Positions 18,563 to 26,446 of a DNA stretch of 44,427 nucleotides are shown in pieces (within the stretch, counting starts at the first letter, position 1; every line of letters begins with the position of its first letter). The notes under the pieces were generated by a model. The model was given only the letters and a program-made list of their open reading frames with translations. It made no database searches and was not told the origin of the DNA. Both the position numbers and the translations under genes were made by a program. The DNA comes from an uncultured Bacilli bacterium (GTDB lineage: Bacteria; Bacillota_I; Bacilli_A; RF39; UBA660): the NCBI GenBank assembly GCA_949425575.1, contig CASPVX010000004.1:1-44427 (forward strand), read 5' to 3'.

Positions 18563-19771
18563 ATGAAAAAACTATTACTTATTTTTACTATACTAATTTG
18601 TTTAACTGGTTGTACAAAAGAAACTGAAGTAAGGACAATTATTGAAAATAATAATGCATATGTTTCAATAAATTATCCGATTACTAAAAATAAAAAATTA
18701 GATATTGAAATAAAAAAGCACATAGATAAAACATATAATATGTTTCAAAACACTTATAATGATAGTAATATACCTGAACTAAATATAAGTTATAAATATA
18801 AGTTACTTAATAATAATTTTATCAGTATTAATTTAAATACTTTTAAAAATGATGGTATTAATACATCCAATGTTATTACTACTTTTAACTATGATATTAA
18901 AAATAAAGATTTCATAAAATTGGAAAGCTTACTAGATATAAATAAGCTAAATTACTTAATGAAAAAAGAAATTTTACAAAAATATAAATCATGTACAGCT
19001 ACTTGTTTAAAAAATCTGAAAATTAAAAGTTATTTTTTAGATGAAAATAATATTACTTTATTTTTTAATTCCAAGGATTTAAATATTGATAGTTCAAAAA
19101 TCATTTCTATTGAAATACCAAATAAAAAATTAGATTTATCATTAAAAAGTAATAATAAAAATCCCACAATCCAAATTAAAAATAATAAATTAAATCCTAC
19201 AAATAAAGTTGTTGCACTAACGTTTGATGATGGCCCAAGTAAATACACTGATAAAATACTTAAAATTTTGGAAAAGGAAGACGCTAAAGCAACTTTCTTT
19301 ATCGTTGGTAATAAGGTAGAGCTGTATAATGAAACTCTTCTTAAAATGGTTAGTAATGGCAATGAAATTGGTAACCATTCGTTTGATCATAAACTACTAA
19401 CACGATTAACTGATGAAGAATTTAAAAACGATATTAAAAAAACACAAGAAACTATTTTTGAAAATACAGGCTTTATGCCCAAATTAATAAGGCCTACTTA
19501 TGGTGGTTATAACGATAAACTTATGAGCAATGTAGATTTAAAACTAACACTTTGGGATGTAGATGCATCTGATTGGAAATACAAAAGCGAAAGAAGGATA
19601 GTTAATAATGTTGTTAAAAATGTTAATGATGGTGATATTATTTTAATGCATGATATTTTTAATAGAAGTGTCGGTAGCGCTGAAAAAATAATTAAAACAT
19701 TGAAAAAAGAAGGCTACTCATTTGTTACAGTTAGTGAATTAAACAAAATTAAAGAAAAGAGAAAAAACTAA
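18563..19771 (+). CDS. Lipoprotein polysaccharide (peptidoglycan) deacetylase, CE4, PgdA/PdaC-like
   Basis: lipobox LTGC; TFDDGP, HSFDH, RPTYG, DW, LMHD motifs. Confidence 0.9.
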   Translation: MKKLLLIFTILICLTGCTKETEVRTIIENNNAYVSINYPITKNKKLDIEIKKHIDKTYNMFQNTYNDSNIPELNISYKYKLLNNNFISINLNTFKNDGINTSNVITTFNYDIKNKDFIKLESLLDINKLNYLMKKEILQKYKSCTATCLKNLKIKSYFLDENNITLFFNSKDLNIDSSKIISIEIPNKKLDLSLKSNNKNPTIQIKNNKLNPTNKVVALTFDDGPSKYTDKILKILEKEDAKATFFIVGNKVELYNETLLKMVSNGNEIGNHSFDHKLLTRLTDEEFKNDIKKTQETIFENTGFMPKLIRPTYGGYNDKLMSNVDLKLTLWDVDASDWKYKSERRIVNNVVKNVNDGDIILMHDIFNRSVGSAEKIIKTLKKEGYSFVTVSELNKIKEKRKN

Positions 19772-19788
19772 ATGTCATATACTTTATT

Positions 19789-20178
19789 ATGACAAACTAT
19801 AATTTAGAAGAATTAGAATCATTTAATATACAACTTATACTGACTGCTTTAACAATAGGAACGCTTTTAATTTCTATGACTTTAACGTACAATGAAAAAT
19901 TAAAAATACAAAATAAGCCTCCAATTCTTACCGATGATGAATCTTCTAATCTTCTTGTTATAAATAGAACTATTGCCGTGTTTATTGGAATTGGTTTTCT
20001 TCTTTTAAATATTCAAGATAGAAAGACTAAAGAACATGATGGTAAAATTAATTTAAAATTTGCTGATATGCAAATAGAGGCTAGTACTTTATCACTAATT
20101 AGTGCTTTTATTGTTTTATATGTAGCAATGAATGATAGTGAGCAAGCTTTTATTGCTAATGAGAATCCACAATTATAA
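19789..20178 (+). CDS. Hypothetical membrane protein (3 TM)
   Basis: 129-aa ORF with three hydrophobic segments; CATATACT 5 nt before the ATG, no SD. Confidence 0.7.
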   Translation: MTNYNLEELESFNIQLILTALTIGTLLISMTLTYNEKLKIQNKPPILTDDESSNLLVINRTIAVFIGIGFLLLNIQDRKTKEHDGKINLKFADMQIEASTLSLISAFIVLYVAMNDSEQAFIANENPQL

Positions 20179-20265
20179 AAAAGTCTATTATAAGCTATTC
20201 TTTTATACATATATACAATTATAATAAATTTACAATTTAGAAAAATACTTATAAAAAAAGAAGCT

Positions 20266-21819
20266 TTATTTAGCTTCTTCTGTTGCTCTTGTTTCTCTAA
20301 TAACTACAACTTTAATTGTACCAGGATATTGAAGTTTATCTTCAATTTTTGTTTTTATATCTCTAGCCACTTTATGACTTTTTAAATCATCAACTTCATC
20401 TGGTTTAACAATAATACGAAGTTCTCTACCTGCTTGAAGAGCATAAGCTTTTTCCACTCCATCTACTTCATTACCAATCGCTTCAAGTTCAGTTAATCTT
20501 TGAATATAGTTTTCAAGTGAATCATTTCTAGCACCTGGGCGAGACGCTGATAAAGCATCTGCAACCGCAACTAAAACTGAAATAACACTAGTTGCCTCTT
20601 TATCACCATGATGTGATTCAATAGCATTAATAACTAGTTCACTTTCATTATATTTACGAGCTAAATTTGCCCCTAACTCCACATGACTTCCCTCAATTTC
20701 ATGATCAATTGATTTTCCTATATCATGTAAAAGTCCAGCACGTCTTGCTAAGGTAACATTTTCACCCAACTCACCTGCAAGAACACCAGCTAAATGAGCA
20801 ACCTCTAAACTATGAGTTAAGGCATTTTGACCAAAACTAGTTCTGAATTGTAATTTTCCTATTAATTCAACTAATTCTGGGTCTACTTTAGTTAACCCTA
20901 ATTCAAATAAGGCATTTTCACCATACTCTAATAATTTCGCTTTCATATCATTTGAAGACTTATCGTAAACTTCTTCAATACGTGATGGATGAATTCTTCC
21001 ATCTTTTATTAAAGTATCTAAAGTTACCCTTGCTATTTCTCTTCTATAAGGATCAAAACTAGAAAGTACAATAGCTTCTGGAGTATCATCAATAATTAAA
21101 TCTACACCTGTAACAGCTTCTATTGTTCTTATATTTCGCCCTTCACGACCTATAATACGTCCCTTCATTTCATCATTAGGTAAACTAACGACTGTGACTG
21201 TTTGTTCACTCGCTACATCAGCGGCATATTTTTGCATAGCTGATACTAGCATTGTTTTTGATTTTTTATCAACTTCTAATTTAGCTTCTGCTTCTCTTTC
21301 CTTAATGTAAGCAGCTATTTCTAAATTCATCATTTCTTCTACTTTTTTAAGTACAAGACTGCGAGCCTCTTGTTTAGATAAACTCGCTATGCTTTCTAGT
21401 TGTTCTAATTCTTTTTGTTTGATTTCTTCCAATTCTACTTGCTTATTTTGAAGATCTTTTTGTTTAGAGATTAAATTATTTTCTTTTTCTTCTAGCATAA
21501 GTTCACGATTTTGTAATGTTTGATCACGACGATCCATACTCTCTTCACGTGCTAAAAGTCTATCTTCAGATTGTTTAATTTCTTCTTTTTTCTCTTTAAT
21601 CTCTATATCTAATTCTTTTTTTAATCTATGTGCTTCTTCCTTAGCTTCAAGAATACTGTCTCTCTTTGCTTTTTCAGCCTCCTTTTTAGCTTTTTCCACA
21701 AAGTTTTCAGCTTTCTTCATGCTCGCTGCGCCTCTAATATAATTGAATATTACTACAATTACAACACCAACAAAAAGTCCAATTAAAACTAGCAAAATGG
21801 AGAAAATGGTTCCTTCCAT
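20266..21819 (-). CDS. rny: Ribonuclease Y
   Basis: TM, coiled coil, KH motif [15 protein letters not shown] motif [20 protein letters not shown]. Confidence 0.97.
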   Translation of the reverse strand: MEGTIFSILLVLIGLFVGVVIVVIFNYIRGAASMKKAENFVEKAKKEAEKAKRDSILEAKEEAHRLKKELDIEIKEKKEEIKQSEDRLLAREESMDRRDQTLQNRELMLEEKENNLISKQKDLQNKQVELEEIKQKELEQLESIASLSKQEARSLVLKKVEEMMNLEIAAYIKEREAEAKLEVDKKSKTMLVSAMQKYAADVASEQTVTVVSLPNDEMKGRIIGREGRNIRTIEAVTGVDLIIDDTPEAIVLSSFDPYRREIARVTLDTLIKDGRIHPSRIEEVYDKSSNDMKAKLLEYGENALFELGLTKVDPELVELIGKLQFRTSFGQNALTHSLEVAHLAGVLAGELGENVTLARRAGLLHDIGKSIDHEIEGSHVELGANLARKYNESELVINAIESHHGDKEATSVISVLVAVADALSASRPGARNDSLENYIQRLTELEAIGNEVDGVEKAYALQAGRELRIIVKPDEVDDLKSHKVARDIKTKIEDKLQYPGTIKVVVIRETRATEEAK

Positions 21820-21871
21820 ATTAATACCTCCATATCGTCTGTTTAAGAGATGGTTATACCCATCTAATTAC

Positions 21872-21900
21872 ATTTTAAATGTAATATGATAATAAGTCAA
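21872..21900 (-). promoter_or_regulatory. sigma-A promoter of rny
   Basis: TTGACT-17nt-TAAAAT. Confidence 0.6.
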
Positions 21901-21933
21901 GAAAATAAATTATAACAAAAAAAGAGTAATTAA

Positions 21934-22467
21934 CTACTCCTTTATTTTTTCAAGTTCAGCACTTACTCTGCCACTCTTTATATTATTTGTAATTATTTTC
22001 CCCTTTTTATAATCTAATTCAATTATATTTTTACAGTTTGGATATTCACATTTCCTAGCAGTAGAATCGGGTACTGGCATGCAAAGTTTATTGTATAAGT
22101 ATATTTTATTACTTCCCATTGCATATGTTCCCTCTGCATTTGACTTTCCTATGCAAGAATCATAATTTTCATAAATAAAAGTTCCATCTTCTTTTAAAGT
22201 CAAATTAACTTCAACATCACATGCACTATCATGTTTTTTATATAGATACTTCCCCACAATAAAACTAATATCTAAAGTTTCACTCATTTCCTTAGAATTA
22301 TTTTCTAAATCTGAAATTTTATTTTCTAACTTTTTAATGTCATCTTGATATTTATTAATATTTGCTTTATAAGTTTTATTACTATTTATCATAGTATAAA
22401 TTAAATAACCAACTACACAAACAATTAAAATAATTATTAAAGTTAATAATATTTGTTTCTTTTGCAT
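21934..22467 (-). CDS. Hypothetical membrane-anchored protein (coiled coil + Cys-containing beta domain)
   Basis: N-terminal TM, heptad stretch, beta-strand pattern IVGKY...LTLKEDGTF...GTY; SD AGGAGG. Confidence 0.75.
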   Translation of the reverse strand: MQKKQILLTLIIILIVCVVGYLIYTMINSNKTYKANINKYQDDIKKLENKISDLENNSKEMSETLDISFIVGKYLYKKHDSACDVEVNLTLKEDGTFIYENYDSCIGKSNAEGTYAMGSNKIYLYNKLCMPVPDSTARKCEYPNCKNIIELDYKKGKIITNNIKSGRVSAELEKIKE

Positions 22468-22520
22468 ACTGCCCTCCTACAATTCAATATATCAAAAAAA
22501 TAAAGTAACATAAAGTCACT

Positions 22521-23531
22521 TTATTTCTTTTCCTCTTTTTTTACACCGATTTCGTAAAAATCTTTAACCTTTTTAGATATTTCTTCTTTTATTTTTGGGT
22601 TGGCTTTAAGGAATTCTTTTACATTTTCTTTTCCTTGTCCTATCTTTTCGCCATTATATGAATACCATGCACCTGCTTTTTCCACAACATTAGCTTCTGC
22701 AGCTAAATCAACAAGTTCTCCCTCAGCTGAAATTCCAGTTCCATACATAATATCTACTTGACAAGTTTTAAAGGGAGGGGCCATTTTATTTTTTACAACC
22801 TTAATATTAGTTTTATTTCCAATAATATCAGTTCCTAATTTAATTTGTTCACTTCTTCGAATATCTAATCTAATAGAAGAATAAAACTTAAGCGCTCTTC
22901 CTCCTGGAGTTACTTCTGGATTTCCAAACATGACACCCACTTTTTCACGTAATTGGTTGATAAAAATAGCCACAGTTCCTGTTTTATTAATAATACCTGC
23001 TAATTTTCTAAGTGCTTGACTCATAAGTCTAGCTTGAAGGCCAACATGAGAATCTCCCATTTCACCTTCAATTTCAGCTTGTGGAACTAAAGCAGCAACT
23101 GAATCAATTACTATTACACTAATTGCGCCACTTCTAACTAGTGCTTCTGCAATTTCTAAAGCTTGTTCTCCATTATCAGGTTGTGATAATAAAAGTTCAT
23201 TAATATCAACCCCAAGTCTTGCAGCATACTGTGGGTCTAGTGAATTTTCAGCATCAATAAATGCTACTTTACCACCTTGTTTTTGCGCTTCAGCAATTGC
23301 ATGAAGAGCAAATGTAGTTTTACCACTAGATTCAGGTCCATATATTTCTACAATTCTCCCTTTAGGATATCCTCCTATACCTAGTGCTATATCTAATGCC
23401 AAAGAACCACTAGGAACTACATCTATTTCTCTATTAGCATTATCTCCAAGTTTCATTACTGATCCTTTTCCAAATTGTTTTTCAATATCTTTTAATACTT
23501 GACTTAAATTGTCATCATTTCCTTTTGTCAT
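22521..23531 (-). CDS. recA: Recombinase RecA
   Basis: [34 protein letters not shown]; ATG 23531 follows GAGGAGG. Confidence 0.99.
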   Translation of the reverse strand: MTKGNDDNLSQVLKDIEKQFGKGSVMKLGDNANREIDVVPSGSLALDIALGIGGYPKGRIVEIYGPESSGKTTFALHAIAEAQKQGGKVAFIDAENSLDPQYAARLGVDINELLLSQPDNGEQALEIAEALVRSGAISVIVIDSVAALVPQAEIEGEMGDSHVGLQARLMSQALRKLAGIINKTGTVAIFINQLREKVGVMFGNPEVTPGGRALKFYSSIRLDIRRSEQIKLGTDIIGNKTNIKVVKNKMAPPFKTCQVDIMYGTGISAEGELVDLAAEANVVEKAGAWYSYNGEKIGQGKENVKEFLKANPKIKEEISKKVKDFYEIGVKKEEKK

Positions 23532-23557
23532 TTGTATCCTCCTCGTACTATATTTCA

Positions 23558-23586
23558 ATTTTATAATAATCAAAATGGTTTGTCAA
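23558..23586 (-). promoter_or_regulatory. sigma-A promoter of recA
   Basis: TTGACA-17nt-TAAAAT. Confidence 0.75.
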
Positions 23587-23594
23587 TAGTTTTT

Positions 23595-23608
23595 CGAACA
23601 TTTGTTCT
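23595..23608. promoter_or_regulatory. LexA operator (Cheo/SOS box)
   Basis: CGAAC-ATTT-GTTCT matches the Firmicute GAAC-N4-GTTC consensus, just upstream of the recA -35. Confidence 0.88.
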
Positions 23609-23701
23609 TCATTTACATAATCCATTAAAATTACTTAATTATTAGTCTAACACACTTCTATTTATTTGTATAATGACAGTTTATGGAAATTGGTTAATAA
23701 A

Positions 23702-23736
23702 AAAAAGGTAAATTGATTAGGTCAATTTACCTTTTT
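23702..23736. terminator. Intrinsic terminator after pgsA
   Basis: 15-bp inverted repeat AAAAAGGTAAATTGA / TCAATTTACCTTTTT with a 5-nt loop. Confidence 0.8.
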
Positions 23737-23749
23737 ACTATATATAAAT

Positions 23750-24355
23750 TTATGAAATTAATTGTTTTTCAGCAAAACTATTTTTATATTTATTATAATA
23801 TTGAATTCCAGAAATAATAGATAAGACTGCTGCCAAAATAAGTAAGAAATCTGCAACTCTTAAATTAAATAATTCAAATGGTAAATTATAAAATAACGTT
23901 AATGTAATTCCTATCATTAAACAAGCAGTTTTTGCTTTACCAATTGGTACAGTAGCAATTACTTTACCTTCAGAGCTTGCTGCCGTTTTTATCGAATTAA
24001 CTATTATATCTCTTCCAATAATGATGACTGGAATAATCGGATGAACAAATCCTTGTGATGCTAAAATAATTAAAACAGAATCTACTAATATTTTTCCGGC
24101 AATAGTATCAGCCATTTTTTCAAATTCTGTTGTTTTATTACTTTTCTTCAAAACAAATGCATCCATAAAATCAACAATTGCCATAACTAAAAATAAAATT
24201 CCAACAATTAAATATCTTATATCAATAACAATTGCTTCATTAACAAACAATTGTGGCATATTAAATCCTGTTGCATCGAATGGAAATAGTAATAAAGCAA
24301 TAATTAAAAACGTAAGAAAGAATCTTCCCACAGTAAATTTATTTGGTAATTTCAT
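23750..24355 (-). CDS. pgsA: PgsA-family CDP-alcohol phosphatidyltransferase homologue with a degenerate active site
   Basis: LPN..T..R start, 6-TM pattern, GK.KT motif, rodZ-pgsA-recA synteny; signature reads DFMDAFVLKK...EKMADTIAGK. Confidence 0.8.
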   Translation of the reverse strand: MKLPNKFTVGRFFLTFLIIALLLFPFDATGFNMPQLFVNEAIVIDIRYLIVGILFLVMAIVDFMDAFVLKKSNKTTEFEKMADTIAGKILVDSVLIILASQGFVHPIIPVIIIGRDIIVNSIKTAASSEGKVIATVPIGKAKTACLMIGITLTLFYNLPFELFNLRVADFLLILAAVLSIISGIQYYNKYKNSFAEKQLIS

Positions 24356-24363
24356 AAATCCTC

Positions 24364-24831
24364 CTAATTACTCTCTGATATAACAGTACCTTCTTTGAAA
24401 TCATCATCATCATGTTCTAAATTAACAACAATATAAGCTATTATAGCAATTAAAATAATAATTACGCCATATATAACAAAAGGAATAATTGGTAATTTAG
24501 ATTTACGTTCAATTGTATATGGTGATTTTATCTTTTTAGGTTCTGCCTTACCTTTTTTTGCGTTCTTTATATCATCTAATGAAAGTTTTGATGTATAATC
24601 AAATAAATATTCATTAAACTCATCTACTAAATCATCTTTATCTAATCCTAAATATTTAGCATAATCTCTAATAAAGTATTTCAAATAAAAAACATCTTTA
24701 AAAGCTTCCATATTACCAGATTCAATGTTTTCAATTTGTGAAGGTCTTATTTTTAAATCTTCAGCAACTTCTTCAATCGAAACACCAATGCTGTCTCTAG
24801 CATCTTTTAGTTTCTCTCCTATGTCTTTCAT
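24364..24831 (-). CDS. rodZ: RodZ/YmfM-like HTH membrane protein (short)
   Basis: IGEKLK.AR...G.SIEEVA..LKI......IE.G...Y...FIRDYA.YLGL HTH followed by one TM; ATG 24831. Confidence 0.8.
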   Translation of the reverse strand: MKDIGEKLKDARDSIGVSIEEVAEDLKIRPSQIENIESGNMEAFKDVFYLKYFIRDYAKYLGLDKDDLVDEFNEYLFDYTSKLSLDDIKNAKKGKAEPKKIKSPYTIERKSKLPIIPFVIYGVIIILIAIIAYIVVNLEHDDDDFKEGTVISESN

Positions 24832-24863
24832 TATATCCTTCCTTTTAAATAAAAAAAACAAAA

Positions 24864-25213
24864 TAATATTTTATAAGCCATATTCTGTTCCTACAAAGTA
24901 GGTGGCAAACATTTATCTATTGAATAATCAATCCCATGAACAGTTTGATTCCCATTCATTAGGTTCCCCTACCAAAATTTGGGTTTCTTGCTTGCGGGGT
25001 TTACCTCGTTTCACTTTTTCGTTTCCGAAAAATTCGTCACTGTGGCACTTTAGTTTTTTAGTCATATCAAAGACTTAGACTTCAAAACGCCGTTAGCATT
25101 AAAGCTACCCTAGGTTATTTTTTCCCTAGGCACAAACACTACTATCATCGCAGATAGTGCAAGTATGGACTTTCCTCTACATTATTATAAATGCAGCGTT
25201 TGCCAAAATATTA
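24864..25213 (-). ncRNA. rnpB: RNase P RNA, type B
   Basis: minus strand has GAGGAAAGTCCATA, AAAGTGCCACAGTGACG, GGTAAACCCC, ACAGAATATGGCTTA; P1 TAATATTTT/AAAATATTA; P2 GGCAAAC/GTTTGCC; downstream of gpsB as in Bacilli. Confidence 0.97.
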
Positions 25214-25531
25214 CTTGTTTCCATATATAATTTTTTCTAAATTTGATATTCTTCTAAGTACATCAGCACTAGTGGTATCGCCTGTTGATTCACTTAATAA
25301 ATCAATCTTTGATCTAAGATTACGAATCTCTTGTTTTAAGCGCATATTATCTTCAGTTAAAGCTTTCTTATCGCCCTTAAGTTCTCTAATTATAGAAAAC
25401 ATCTCTTCATAATCACTAATAATAGTATCTAAATACTTATCAACTTCTTGTGGTCTATAACCTCTAGTATCAATTTTAAATTCTTTTTCAAGAATATCTT
25501 TGGGAGTTAATAAAATTCTTTCATTATACAT
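25211..25531 (-). CDS. gpsB: Cell division regulator GpsB (DivIVA domain)
   Basis: LTPKDILEKEFK...RGY.P.EVD.YLD.II.DY and DVLRRISNLEK motifs; ATG 25531 follows GAGGGG. Confidence 0.93.
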   Translation of the reverse strand: MYNERILLTPKDILEKEFKIDTRGYRPQEVDKYLDTIISDYEEMFSIIRELKGDKKALTEDNMRLKQEIRNLRSKIDLLSESTGDTTSADVLRRISNLEKIIYGNK

Positions 25532-25597
25532 AACTATCCCCTCTTTCTCTAATATTCTCTCAAAAAATATACCTTTTGTCAATGAATATAGACAATT

Positions 25598-25619
25598 AAA
25601 AAAGCCCAATATGGACTTT
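25598..25619 (-). terminator. Terminator after the small ORF
   Basis: AAAGTCCA-TAT-TGGGCTTT followed by T residues on the minus strand. Confidence 0.55.
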
Positions 25620-25728
25620 AAACATTTTCTTTATTTTTCTTAATAAGCGAAATAAATGTTTCAATTTTAATTTTTGGAATACTATCAATCATTTCATCAA
25701 ACATTCTATCAATTTCTTCTTTTTTCAT
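25618..25728 (-). CDS. Unannotated 36-aa small protein
   Basis: MKKEEIDRMFDEMIDSIPKIKIETFISLIKKNKENV*; upstream AGGTGAAAAGGGT; terminator directly downstream. Confidence 0.6.
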   Translation of the reverse strand: MKKEEIDRMFDEMIDSIPKIKIETFISLIKKNKENV

Positions 25729-25780
25729 ACCCTTTTCACCTATGACAAATCTAACACAATTTTATATTTCTTTCATTAGT

Positions 25781-25787
25781 TTCGACA
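25781..25787 (-). promoter_or_regulatory. Possible Spo0A box
   Basis: exact TGTCGAA in the divergent intergenic region; a single 7-mer is weak evidence. Confidence 0.35.
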
Positions 25788-25870
25788 ATAGTAGATATAT
25801 TTAGAAAAAACTAAGCATTTTTTATATGGTAAATTTTCTATATTTATAGTATAATTATAATGGTGTTAAT

Positions 25871-26446
25871 ATGAGATATCCTAATGGAGTAAAAAAAGAA
25901 ATAAAAACTTATACCAACTATGGTAATCGTGGTATGGGTCTTGAAAATGATATTGGTATCAGCAACGAATATTATTTAAGTAATGATATCGCTATTATTC
26001 ATAAAAAACCCACACCAATAACAATTGCTAAGGTAGACTACCCTTCAAGGTTAGAAGCAGTAATTAAAGAAGGCTATTTTAAAACTCCATCAACAACTGA
26101 TTACAACGGTATTTATAAGGGAAAGTATATTGATTTTGAAGCGAAGGAAACAAAATCTAAAACAAGTTTTCCATTAAATAATATCCATTCTCATCAGATA
26201 AAACACTTAGAAAAAATCCACAAACATGGTGGTATCGGATTTTTAATTGTAAGATTTTCAATGTTAAATAAAACTTTTCTTCTATTAGTAGAAGATTTAT
26301 TAGAACATTTAAAAAATGAAAAAAAATCTATTTCTTTAAAATATTTTGAAGATAGAGGTTATTTAATAAAAGAAAAATATCTACCTAGAGTAGATTATAT
26401 TGAAATTATTGATAAAATCTATTTTGGAGGCAGTTATGAGAAATAA
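25871..26446 (+). CDS. recU: Holliday junction resolvase RecU
   Basis: MRYPNG, NRGM.LE, HKKPTP, STTDYNG.YKG.YIDFEAKET, HQI.HL motifs. Confidence 0.97.
   Translation: MRYPNGVKKEIKTYTNYGNRGMGLENDIGISNEYYLSNDIAIIHKKPTPITIAKVDYPSRLEAVIKEGYFKTPSTTDYNGIYKGKYIDFEAKETKSKTSFPLNNIHSHQIKHLEKIHKHGGIGFLIVRFSMLNKTFLLLVEDLLEHLKNEKKSISLKYFEDRGYLIKEKYLPRVDYIEIIDKIYFGGSYEK

Noticed and set aside
25610-25619. 10-nt match (AAAGTCCATA) between the small-ORF terminator and RNase P helix P4
   Set aside because: A short AT-rich match that is explained by the terminator stem; probably chance.
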